Assembly (NCBI GenBank): GCA_949288145.1
Contig: CASEJD010000175.1
Coordinates: 1 to 18,277, forward strand
Direction: 5' to 3'
Length of the DNA: 18,277 bases
Origin: an uncultured Coriobacteriia bacterium
Lineage (GTDB): Bacteria; Actinomycetota; Coriobacteriia; Coriobacteriales; Eggerthellaceae
The notes below the pieces were generated by a model that was not told the origin of the DNA, searched no databases, and worked only from the letters and a program-made list of their open reading frames with translations. Shown piece after piece: positions 8,808 through 15,551 of this stretch. Position 1 is the stretch's first letter. Each line of letters begins with the position of its first letter. The position numbers and the translations under genes were made by a program.

Positions 8808-8840
8808 GCGGCCCCCGACGAGAGCATCGTCGGGGGCCGC
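8808..8840. terminator. Bidirectional GC-rich terminator hairpin between convergent amidohydrolase (+) and thiD (-)
   Basis: GCGGCCCCCGACGA (8808-8821), loop GAGCA, then TCGTCGGGGGCCGC (8827-8840). This is a perfect 14-bp stem. GTTTCG follows on the + strand and a GGTTTCG-type tail follows on the - strand. Confidence 0.65.
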
Positions 8841-8875
8841 GTTTCGTCAGGGACTCCGAGCACGCTGGGCGCACC

Positions 8876-9664
8876 CTACGCGCCGTACTCCCACATATGG
8901 TTGAGCGGGCCGTTCCCGCGGCCCATGCGCAAATCGTGCGCTATGGCGCCGGTGACATAGCGCTTGGCGCGGCGGACCGCCTCCTCCACGGGAAGCCCCT
9001 GCGCAAGCCCGCACGCGATGGCCGAAGAGAGCGTGCAGCCGGTGCCGTGCGTGTCTTTCGTGTCGATGCGCTCGCTGCGCAGCCAGAGCTCGAAGCCGTC
9101 AGGCTTCACGAGCACGTCGTTCGCGTCGGCGGTGCCGTGGCCGCCCTTCACGAGGACCGCGCTGCCGCACGCCTCGGCGATGGCACGCGCCGCCTCGACC
9201 ATGCCTGCCTCGTCCGCGATGCGCCTGCCCGCCAGAATCTCCGCCTCGGGGATGTTGGGCGTGACGACGCTCGCCAGCGGCAGGAGCTCGCTTTTGAGCG
9301 CGCCGAGCGCGTCGTCCGCCATGAGGCGCGATCCCGACGTGGCCACCATGACCGGATCGACCACCACCCGCTCGGCACCGTGCGCGCGCAAACCCTCCGC
9401 GATGGCGCGGATGATCGCCGCCGACGAGACCATGCCAATCTTCACGGCGTCGGGGCGGATGTCGTCGAAGACGGCGTCGATCTGCTGGCGCACGAACTCG
9501 GGCGTCGCCTCGAGCACCCCCGTCACGCCGAGCGTGTTCTGCGCCGTGAGCGCCGTGATGGCGGTCTCCGCGAACAGCCGGTGCGCGGAGATGGTCTTGA
9601 TGTCCGCTTGGATGCCCGCCCCACCGCTCGAGTCGGACCCTGCGATGCTGAGCACTGCCCGCAT
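8876..9664 (-). CDS. thiD: Hydroxymethylpyrimidine/phosphomethylpyrimidine kinase
   Basis: MRAVLSIAGSDSSGGAGIQADIKT...VVDPVMVATSG...LVKGGH...DTHGTGCTLSSAIA are canonical ThiD blocks. ATG 9664 is preceded by AAGGAG, which overlaps the thiC stop codon (9676-9678). The track ORF extension to 9844 lies inside thiC and is rejected. Confidence 0.9.
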   Translation of the reverse strand: MRAVLSIAGSDSSGGAGIQADIKTISAHRLFAETAITALTAQNTLGVTGVLEATPEFVRQQIDAVFDDIRPDAVKIGMVSSAAIIRAIAEGLRAHGAERVVVDPVMVATSGSRLMADDALGALKSELLPLASVVTPNIPEAEILAGRRIADEAGMVEAARAIAEACGSAVLVKGGHGTADANDVLVKPDGFELWLRSERIDTKDTHGTGCTLSSAIACGLAQGLPVEEAVRRAKRYVTGAIAHDLRMGRGNGPLNHMWEYGA

Positions 9665-9675
9665 GCCTGCGCTCC

Positions 9676-10974
9676 TTACTCGTTGTCCAGGTCGATGACC
9701 AGGCCGTCCATGATGGTGTTCACCGTGCGCATGGCGCACATCTTGCCGCACATGGTGCACGTGCCCTCGTTGGACGGCGGCGCGCTCTCGAAATAGCGGC
9801 GCGGCTTCACCGGGTCGATGGCAAGGTCGAACATCTCCTCCCACGCCACGCGACGGCGGGCGTCGCTCATGCGGTTGTCCACGTCGCGCGTGCCCGGGAC
9901 GCCCTTGGCGATGTCGGCGGCGTGCGCGGCGATCTTCACCGCCACGAGCCCCTCGCGCACGTCGTCCACGTCAGGCAGGCGCAAATGCTCCGCCGGCGTG
10001 ACGTAGCAGAGGAAGTCGGCACCAGAGGAGGCGGCGACGGCACCGCCGATGGCTGCCGTGATATGGTCGTAACCGGGCGCGATGTCGGTCACGAGCGGGC
10101 CGAGCACGTAGAACGGCGCATTGTGGCACAGGCGCTTCTCCAGCTTCATGTTGGCCGCGATCTCGTCGAGGGCCATGTGTCCCGGGCCTTCCACCATGAC
10201 CTGCACGCCAGCGTCCCACGCGCGCTTCGTGAGCTTGCCGATCTCGATGAGCTCGGCGATCTGGGACGCGTCGCTGGCGTCGTAGCCCGAGCCCGGGCGC
10301 ATGGCGTCGCCGATGGATATGGTCACGTCGTGCTCGTGCAGGATCTCCAGCACACGGTCGTAATGCTCGTAGAACGGGTTCTCGTTGCCCGTGGCCTCCA
10401 TCCAGGCGAAGATGAGCGACCCGCCGCGCGAGACGATGTTCGTCAGGCGACCGGTCTCCTTGAACGACTCGATGACGCGACGGTTCATGCCAGCGTGCAC
10501 GGTCACGAAGTCCACACCGTCCTCGGCGTGCGCGCGGATGACGTCGAGGAAGTCCTCCGCCGTGATGTCGACGAGCGCCTTCTCGAGGTAGCCGATGGCG
10601 TCGTACATGGGCACGGTGCCAATCATAGCCGACGAGCGCTCCACGAGCGCGCGGCGGAACTGCTGCGTCTTGCCGTGGTTCGACAGGTCCATGATGGCCT
10701 CGGCGCCCAGCTCGAGCGCAACGTCCACCTTGCGCCATTCCTCATCCTCGTCCATAAGGTCGCCCGAGATGCCCAGGTTCACGTTCACCTTCGTGCGCAG
10801 CCCTTCGCCCACGCCCTCGGGCGAGAGCGAGGCGTGGTGCACGTTCGCCGGGATGGCGATGCGCCCGGCGGCGACCCCGGCGCGAATGAACTCTTCCGAA
10901 CGGCCTTCCTTCTCCGCGACCGCTTTCATCTGGGGCGTGACGATGCCCGCGCGCGCAGCGTCCATCTGCGTCAT
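9676..10974 (-). CDS. thiC: Phosphomethylpyrimidine synthase (radical SAM)
   Basis: [24 protein letters not shown]...VNVNLGIS...TVHAG...IVSRGGS...C-terminal [11 protein letters not shown] Fe-S motif. ATG 10974 is preceded by GAAGGGAG. An alternative ATG at 10995 would lie inside the riboswitch. Confidence 0.92.
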   Translation of the reverse strand: MTQMDAARAGIVTPQMKAVAEKEGRSEEFIRAGVAAGRIAIPANVHHASLSPEGVGEGLRTKVNVNLGISGDLMDEDEEWRKVDVALELGAEAIMDLSNHGKTQQFRRALVERSSAMIGTVPMYDAIGYLEKALVDITAEDFLDVIRAHAEDGVDFVTVHAGMNRRVIESFKETGRLTNIVSRGGSLIFAWMEATGNENPFYEHYDRVLEILHEHDVTISIGDAMRPGSGYDASDASQIAELIEIGKLTKRAWDAGVQVMVEGPGHMALDEIAANMKLEKRLCHNAPFYVLGPLVTDIAPGYDHITAAIGGAVAASSGADFLCYVTPAEHLRLPDVDDVREGLVAVKIAAHAADIAKGVPGTRDVDNRMSDARRRVAWEEMFDLAIDPVKPRRYFESAPPSNEGTCTMCGKMCAMRTVNTIMDGLVIDLDNE

Positions 10975-10977
10975 GGC

Positions 10978-11078
10978 GACTCCCTTCGTTGGCATTACCC
11001 GTTTCAGGTTCCAAGGGTCGAGGCGATACGGCGCCTCCTCTCAGCCTGCCCGGCGGCACGTAGCCGACTCCGCACGAG
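10978..11078 (-). promoter_or_regulatory. TPP (THI-box) riboswitch in the thiC 5' leader
   Basis: The minus-strand RNA reads GGCUACGUGCCGCCGGGCAGGCUGAGAGGAGGCGCCGUAUCGCCUCGACCCUUGGAACCUGAAACGGGUAAUGCCAACGAAGGGAGUCGCC-AUG. It contains the conserved GCUGAGA, ACCCUUnGAACCUGA, GGUAAUGCC and CGAAGGGA blocks in the correct order. The 3' block overlaps the thiC SD, which suggests translational control. The ends are approximate. Confidence 0.85.
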
Positions 11079-11144
11079 AGCGTCGAAACGGCGCACCGCG
11101 CGAAGCTCGCGCCGCGCGCAAGCTCCCCTGCAAACATGTCGCAC

Positions 11145-11150
11145 ATTATA
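11145..11150 (-). promoter_or_regulatory. Candidate -10 box (TATAAT) for the thiC-thiD transcript
   Basis: Perfect TATAAT on the minus strand, about 65 nt upstream of the riboswitch core and downstream of the 11221-11256 terminator. No convincing -35 element. Confidence 0.35.
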
Positions 11151-11220
11151 TGCCGCTCCTTGCAGGCGGGCCCGTCGTTTCGCGAAACGAATGGTATTAC
11201 CGCGCGGAAGGCCCTTTGGC

Positions 11221-11256
11221 ATAAAAAAGAGAAAGGGGCGTACCCCTTTCTCTTTA
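11221..11256 (-). terminator. Rho-independent terminator ending the small-ORF transcript and insulating the thiC promoter
   Basis: AGAGAAAGGGG (11228-11238), loop CGTA, then CCCCTTTCTCT (11243-11253). This is a perfect 11-bp stem. On the minus strand it is followed by a U6 tract (A-run 11223-11228 on +). It lies 15 nt past the stop of the 94-aa ORF. Confidence 0.75.
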
Positions 11257-11268
11257 TCGGCTCGCTCG

Positions 11269-11553
11269 CTAATGCAGAGGCCTGTCGGGTTTGTTTCGAG
11301 GAGACAAGCTCGGGTCGATGATCATGTTCGTGTACGGAGCTCCGCACCAACGGCAGGGGTTCGTGACTATCCGCTGGAGCGCGGCATCGTCGTAGGCGTA
11401 GAAAATGTTGCGGCATTTTTTGCAGTACACGCCATAGTAATCACGGTAGGTGTTCCAGCCACCCGACGCTTCGTCAAGCTGCTCATCGGGAATCTCGGGG
11501 CTCTCGGGGACGGCAGGCTCGAAATCGTTGCTGTTCAACTGCTTGTCAGTCAT
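11269..11553 (-). CDS. Small Cys-rich protein (94 aa): acidic N-terminal segment ending in SGG, then a CxxC-x20-CxxC zinc-ribbon-like core; hypothetical
   Basis: The ORF has AAGGAG (11560-11565) 6 nt upstream of ATG 11553, and a terminator follows it. Sequence: MTDKQLNSNDFEPAVPESPEIPDEQLDEASGG|WNTYRDYYGVYCKKCRNIFYAYDDAALQRIVTNPCRWCGAPY... It is a paralogue of the neighbouring 75-aa ORF. Confidence 0.7.
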   Translation of the reverse strand: MTDKQLNSNDFEPAVPESPEIPDEQLDEASGGWNTYRDYYGVYCKKCRNIFYAYDDAALQRIVTNPCRWCGAPYTNMIIDPSLSPRNKPDRPLH

Positions 11554-11648
11554 GCCAATCTCCTTTCATCGTGTTGCTCCCAATTGGATCGAGGACCATG
11601 CCCGGCATCGTCTGAGGCGTGGTCCGCGCACCTCGGTCAGCGCCTTGT

Positions 11649-11876
11649 TTAACGCTCTTCGCGGTAACCGGCTCGTTCCGCACGAATCCTCGCGTCGCAC
11701 TCTCTGCAGAACCACGGCGGCTCGGACATCATGGACGTCTCGCACATGTAATCAGCGCCGCACTTGGAGCATTTGACGTGCCAGACCTGCGCCACAAGCC
11801 TTCCGCCCGACACCTGAGAGAGATCGTCGTTATGCAGGCGCTCGACGCCCTCGGACACGCGCTTGTTGTCTTCCAT
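11649..11876 (-). CDS. Small Cys-rich protein (75 aa): N-terminal segment ending in LSQVSGG, then a CxxC...CxxC zinc-ribbon-like core; hypothetical
   Basis: AGGAGG (11882-11887) lies 5 nt upstream of ATG 11876. Sequence: MEDNKRVSEGVERLHNDDLSQVSGG|RLVAQVWHVKCSKCGADYMCETSMMSEPPWFCRECDARIRAERAGYREER. It has the same architecture as the 94-aa ORF downstream. Confidence 0.65.
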   Translation of the reverse strand: MEDNKRVSEGVERLHNDDLSQVSGGRLVAQVWHVKCSKCGADYMCETSMMSEPPWFCRECDARIRAERAGYREER

Positions 11877-12010
11877 TGCTTCCTCCTTCGGCTGCCTGCG
11901 CCTCCCCTTGTCGAGGTGAGACGCTGTGCTGATGCCTTCATGATTCGCTCAACAACAGGAGGCAGGGTGCATCAAACGAACGAATGCAGGACTGAGGGAA
12001 TGAATGCGGA

Positions 12011-12631
12011 TCAGCGCAGCGGGTAGAAGATGTAGAGCGAGCCTTCCTCGACGCCAATGCGGACAGGCTCGCCTTGGAGTTCGTTGGAAAGGCCGAGCGA
12101 CGTGCGGTTCGTGAGCTCCACGTCGTCCAGGGAATACTTCATGCCGGACTCGAGAACGCCTGTGACCCGGTCGTTGGCGGCGAAGACGGAGACGGTGCCC
12201 GCCTCCACGCCGTCGGGCAGCTCGAAGACGTCGGGCCCGGTCAGCACGCGCACGGCGAAATCGTCGCCGATGCCGGTGATGTAAGGGCCCTTCTCGGAAA
12301 ACTTCGCGAACAGCTGCAAGTTCGCGACCGTGTGGTCAAGGCGCGCCGAGAGACCGCCGTAGACGTAGACCTCGTCGGCATGGCGCGCGAGCGCGCGCTC
12401 CAGCGCGAGCTCCATGTCGCTTTTGTCCTTCTCCTTCGGGAAGCGCGCGATGCGCGGGAAGCGCGGCACGTAGCCCAGGGAGTCGAAATCGCCCATGACC
12501 ACATCGGGCTTCACGCCGATCGCCTCAAGGTGCGCGAACCCGCGGTCGACCGCGATCACGTAGTCGAAGCTGCGGCGCAGGAAATCATCGGCGTTGAAGT
12601 CGACGGCGCCCACCAGCGCGCACGTTTTCAT
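12011..12631 (-). CDS. thiN: Thiamine pyrophosphokinase
   Basis: MKTCALVGAVDFNADDF...YVIAVDRGFAHLEAIGVKPDVVMGDFDS...KEKDKSDMELAL...VYVYGGLSARLDHTVANL...GMKYSL...SNE are TPK catalytic and thiamin-binding domain blocks. ATG 12631 is preceded by AGGGGAG. The track extension to 12856 is rejected. Confidence 0.85.
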   Translation of the reverse strand: MKTCALVGAVDFNADDFLRRSFDYVIAVDRGFAHLEAIGVKPDVVMGDFDSLGYVPRFPRIARFPKEKDKSDMELALERALARHADEVYVYGGLSARLDHTVANLQLFAKFSEKGPYITGIGDDFAVRVLTGPDVFELPDGVEAGTVSVFAANDRVTGVLESGMKYSLDDVELTNRTSLGLSNELQGEPVRIGVEEGSLYIFYPLR

Positions 12632-12807
12632 GGTCGCTCCCCTCTCGTCGTGACATCCACGCCGCCCCGCGGACGACGCGCATTCCGGCAGGATACCATA
12701 GCGCGCTGCGCGGCAACGCGCCGCGGCGCTGCGCGCACGGTTCGGCGCGACTGCACGCCAGCGAACGGCGGTGTGCATGCGCGCACGCCAATCCGCCCCA
12801 GAACGTG

Positions 12808-12838
12808 CGAAAGCCCGGCTGTGCGGGCCGGGCTTTCG
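12808..12838 (-). terminator. Candidate U-tract-less terminator hairpin downstream of rpmE
   Basis: CGAAAGCCCGGC (12808-12819), a 7-nt loop, then GCCGGGCTTTCG (12827-12838). This is a perfect 12-bp stem about 90 nt after the rpmE stop. There is no U tract on either strand, so its function is uncertain. Confidence 0.45.
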
Positions 12839-12925
12839 ACAATGCGCGTGTTTCACCGGAATTGCGGTGTCACCAACGTTCGACGGGAAGCGCCCGCCCC
12901 GCCGTTGGCAGCGGGATGCGGAATG

Positions 12926-13396
12926 CTACTCCGCAGCGGTCTCCTCAGCAGGAGCCTCGGTGGCCTCGGCGGCCTCGGCCTCGACAGCCTCCTCAGCCGG
13001 AGCCTCAGCCTCGGCGGCAGCGGCCTCCTCGGCGGCCTTCGCAGCCTCGACCTCAGCCTTGGCAGCGTACTGAGCGGCGCGCTCGGCCTTCGCAGCGGCC
13101 TTCGCCTCGCGCTCGGCCTTGCGAGCAGCTTCCTTGGCGGCGGCGGCTTCCTTGGCAGCGGCCTTCTTGGCGGCCTCGCGAGCAGCGACGGTCTCGCGGG
13201 CGGCACCGAACTTGTCGGCGAAGCGCTGGACGCGTCCGCCGGTGTCGATCAGCTTCTGGGTGCCCGTGAAGAACGGATGGCAGGCATTGCAGATGTCAAT
13301 GCGCAGCTCCGGCTTCGTGGAGCGGGTCTGGAACGTGTTGCCGCACGTGCAGCGCACGGTGCAGTCAACGTACTCCGGATGGATGCCTTTTTTCAT
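12926..13396 (-). CDS. rpmE: 50S ribosomal protein L31 (Zn-ribbon C+ type) with a 92-aa Ala/Glu/Lys-rich C-terminal extension
   Basis: [64 protein letters not shown] is a canonical 64-aa L31 with the Cys pairs intact. The same frame continues for 92 more residues before TAG at 12926-12928. AAGGAG lies upstream of ATG 13396. Confidence 0.9.
   Translation of the reverse strand: MKKGIHPEYVDCTVRCTCGNTFQTRSTKPELRIDICNACHPFFTGTQKLIDTGGRVQRFADKFGAARETVAAREAAKKAAAKEAAAAKEAARKAEREAKAAAKAERAAQYAAKAEVEAAKAAEEAAAAEAEAPAEEAVEAEAAEATEAPAEETAAE
12929..13204 (-). repeat. Low-complexity GC-rich coding repeats (GCC/GCG/GAG/AAG codons) encoding the L31 tail
   Basis: Reiterated gcctcggc / gccttcgcagc / gcggcctc strings on the + strand. 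Translation: [92 protein letters not shown]. Confidence 0.6.
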
Positions 13397-13466
13397 GGTT
13401 GCTATCTCCTTCAGATAGTGCCTTGGTTTCCGACCAAGGCATAACACAAGCCTTTGCACTATACCA
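13397..13466 (-). promoter_or_regulatory. rpmE promoter (extended -10 TGGTATAGT) and structured 5' leader, a possible L31 ribosomal-protein leader
   Basis: Read on the minus strand: TGG-TATAGT (13458-13466). An 8-bp hairpin GCCUUGGU-CGGAA-ACCAAGGC follows at 13420-13440. A second hairpin, CUAUCU-GAAGG-AGAUAG (13402-13418), holds the SD AAGGAG in its loop and 3' arm. Confidence 0.45.
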
Positions 13467-13511
13467 CAGCACCTACGCTGCGGTATGGGAGTTTTTATGG
13501 AAGGACCGCTC

Positions 13512-15551
13512 CTACTTGAACTGCGACGGATGCTTCGAGAAGAAGTCGAAGCGCGGCGGCAGCTCGCGGACAAGGTGGCCGCCCTGCTCCAACTCAGCGG
13601 CGCCGCACAGCTCTTCCATGCTGTCGAAGTCGTAGTTCCAGCTGAAGAAGTCGCCGAATTCGAAATTAAGGTAGTCGCACACGCGCTCGGCGCCCGTCGG
13701 GACCACAGGGTGCATGAGCAGCGTCACGATGCGCAGCAGGTAGAAGCTGTCGAGCAGCACCTGGCGGCGCGCCTCGCGGGCGCCCTCCTCGTCGCCTTCG
13801 TGCTCCTTCTCCACCGCGCGGATGCCCTCGCTCCAGTACTTGTTCGCCCAGCGGATGAAGTCGTCCATGATCGACATGACGGTGTGCAGCTCCACGCGAT
13901 GCATGGTCTGCTCGTAGTCGGACATGACGGCCAGCGCGCGCTCGCGCACGCCCTCCGAGACCGGGCCAATGGGCATGAGGCGGTCGAAGTTCTTCTGCGC
14001 CTCGTAGAAGCAGCTGCGCGCCAGGCGGTTGTAGACGTTGGTGAGCAGCGCGCCCTCTTTGAGCACCGGATCGGCCACGCGCGGGTCGTCGCGCTTGGAC
14101 TCGTCGGGGTCGTACGGCTTCGGCTTAAAGCCCACGGATTTCTGGTCCAAGCCGAGCGCCAGGAAGTGCGCGCGCAGTTGCTCGGCGGTGTAGTGGTCCA
14201 GCAGCTCGTCCGCCGTCGGCGGCTTCACGGAGCCCGACGAGGACGCCTTCTTGTCGTGGAACAGGATATGGTGGTTCGCCACGAGCTTCGTTTGGCGCAA
14301 CGGCGTGTCGGTCTGCTCCGGCTTCAAGATGTCCGTGCCCGAAAGCGCCTCGATGATGGCGGTCTGCGCCACACCGTAGAAGTACAGGTTGTCCTGGCCG
14401 ATGAACTGGTAGACCTGGGCGTCCTCGGAGCACCAGAAATCGCGCCAGCTGCCGCGCGGCAGGCCCATCTTGTCGTTGACCGCCATGGTGAACGACATGG
14501 GCGCCCACAGGCTCTCAGGCCAGCACCACACCGTAAGGCCGGAAAGCCCTTCGATCTCGGGGACCTTCACGCCCCACTCGATGTTGCCGGAGATACGGAA
14601 GGGCACGAGCGCCTTGCCGGTGCGGAAGCGGATGCCCGCCTTCGAGAGCACCTCGCGCGCGAAATCGCGGTCTTCGATGGTCTTGAACTCCACCTCGAAG
14701 CTGGCCTTGCCCTTCTCGGCCTCGCGGAAGCTGTGGCGCGGCAGGTCGCCGGCGATGGCGCGGTAGTCTTCGTACGCCTCGTTCTTGATGTAGATGACCG
14801 GCGGGACGAGGAACTCCTTGATCGTGTTCGAGACGATGGGGCGCACGTCCGGGTCGGCGGCGAGCTCGTCGGCGTAGCCGCGCAAGAACTCGGAGAACGC
14901 CGGCAGGTCGAAGTACCAGTTTTCCACCGGACGCATCTCGGGCGTCGTGCCCGTGAGCGAGGACTTCGGCGCGATGAGGTCCTCGGGCGCGTACTGGTGG
15001 CCGAGGTCGCACTCGTCGGCGTAGGCGTGCTCGCTCTTGCAGCCCTGGACCGGGCAGCGGCCCACCACCTGGCGGCCGTTCAGGAACGTGCCCGCCTCGG
15101 GGTCGTAGAACTGCAGGGTCGCACGACGCTGCAGATGCCCGCTCTCGTAAAGGCGCTGGATGATGACCTCGCTGATGAGCTGGTGCACCTCGCCGCAGTA
15201 GCCGATGCCGCTGCCCTCGTAGATGTCGAGCGAGATGCCGTAGGAATCGAGCGTGGCCTTCTGCAGGTCATGGTTGCGCTGGACGTAGTCCGCGATGTCG
15301 CCTTCGAACTCCCCCGCCTCGACGAGCTTGCGGTAGCCCTCGTTGATGGGCGAGCCGAAGCAGTCGGTGCCGCTGATGAAGCGCACGTTCTCGGCGCCAA
15401 TGCGGTCGCGCAGGAAGCGCGCGAAGCAGTCGGCGGGCACGAACACGCCGCCCACGTGCCCGAAGTGCAGCGGCTTGTTGCCGTAGGGCATGCCTGCGGT
15501 GACGATAGCCCGCTCGGGCCAGACGACGGGGTTATTTGACGATGCTGCCAT
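13512..15551 (-). CDS. metG: Methionine--tRNA ligase (divergent class I aaRS)
   Basis: [21 protein letters not shown] (HIGH-type motif), [11 protein letters not shown], Zn-knuckle region [27 protein letters not shown]-position loop [10 protein letters not shown], and an anticodon-domain W motif (RWANKYWSE). The track starts at TTG 15560. I prefer ATG 15551, which has AAGGAG 10 nt upstream. It overlaps the end of sppA by 20 nt. Confidence 0.85.
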   Translation of the reverse strand: MAASSNNPVVWPERAIVTAGMPYGNKPLHFGHVGGVFVPADCFARFLRDRIGAENVRFISGTDCFGSPINEGYRKLVEAGEFEGDIADYVQRNHDLQKATLDSYGISLDIYEGSGIGYCGEVHQLISEVIIQRLYESGHLQRRATLQFYDPEAGTFLNGRQVVGRCPVQGCKSEHAYADECDLGHQYAPEDLIAPKSSLTGTTPEMRPVENWYFDLPAFSEFLRGYADELAADPDVRPIVSNTIKEFLVPPVIYIKNEAYEDYRAIAGDLPRHSFREAEKGKASFEVEFKTIEDRDFAREVLSKAGIRFRTGKALVPFRISGNIEWGVKVPEIEGLSGLTVWCWPESLWAPMSFTMAVNDKMGLPRGSWRDFWCSEDAQVYQFIGQDNLYFYGVAQTAIIEALSGTDILKPEQTDTPLRQTKLVANHHILFHDKKASSSGSVKPPTADELLDHYTAEQLRAHFLALGLDQKSVGFKPKPYDPDESKRDDPRVADPVLKEGALLTNVYNRLARSCFYEAQKNFDRLMPIGPVSEGVRERALAVMSDYEQTMHRVELHTVMSIMDDFIRWANKYWSEGIRAVEKEHEGDEEGAREARRQVLLDSFYLLRIVTLLMHPVVPTGAERVCDYLNFEFGDFFSWNYDFDSMEELCGAAELEQGGHLVRELPPRFDFFSKHPSQFK

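Noticed and set aside
9665-9844. N-terminal extensions of track ORFs (thiD to 9844, thiN to 12856, rpmE to 13573, amidohydrolase from 6921, M20 to 6813)
   Set aside because: Each extension lacks family-like sequence, overlaps an upstream gene or regulatory element, and has no SD. An internal start with a good SD coincides exactly with the conserved N-terminus of each family.
11729-11941. 70-aa ORF overlapping the 75-aa small ORF in another frame
   Set aside because: There is no SD upstream of its ATG. The product is Arg/Ser/Ala-rich and featureless. It overlaps an ORF that has a strong SD and a conserved paralogue.
11269-12631. The idea that the small Cys-rich ORFs and thiN belong to the TPP-riboswitch regulon with thiC-thiD
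   Set aside because: A strong intrinsic terminator (11221-11256) and a separate promoter and riboswitch lie between them and thiC. The region upstream of thiN (12632-12807) contains no THI-box blocks (no CUGAGA / ACCUGA / AUGCC series). The linkage to thiamine genes may be positional only.
13485-15539. 684-aa plus-strand ORF opposite metG
   Set aside because: It is the mirror frame of a well-supported MetRS gene. The composition is low-information (R/A/L/V/D/H-rich), and there is no SD or motifs. High-GC artefact.
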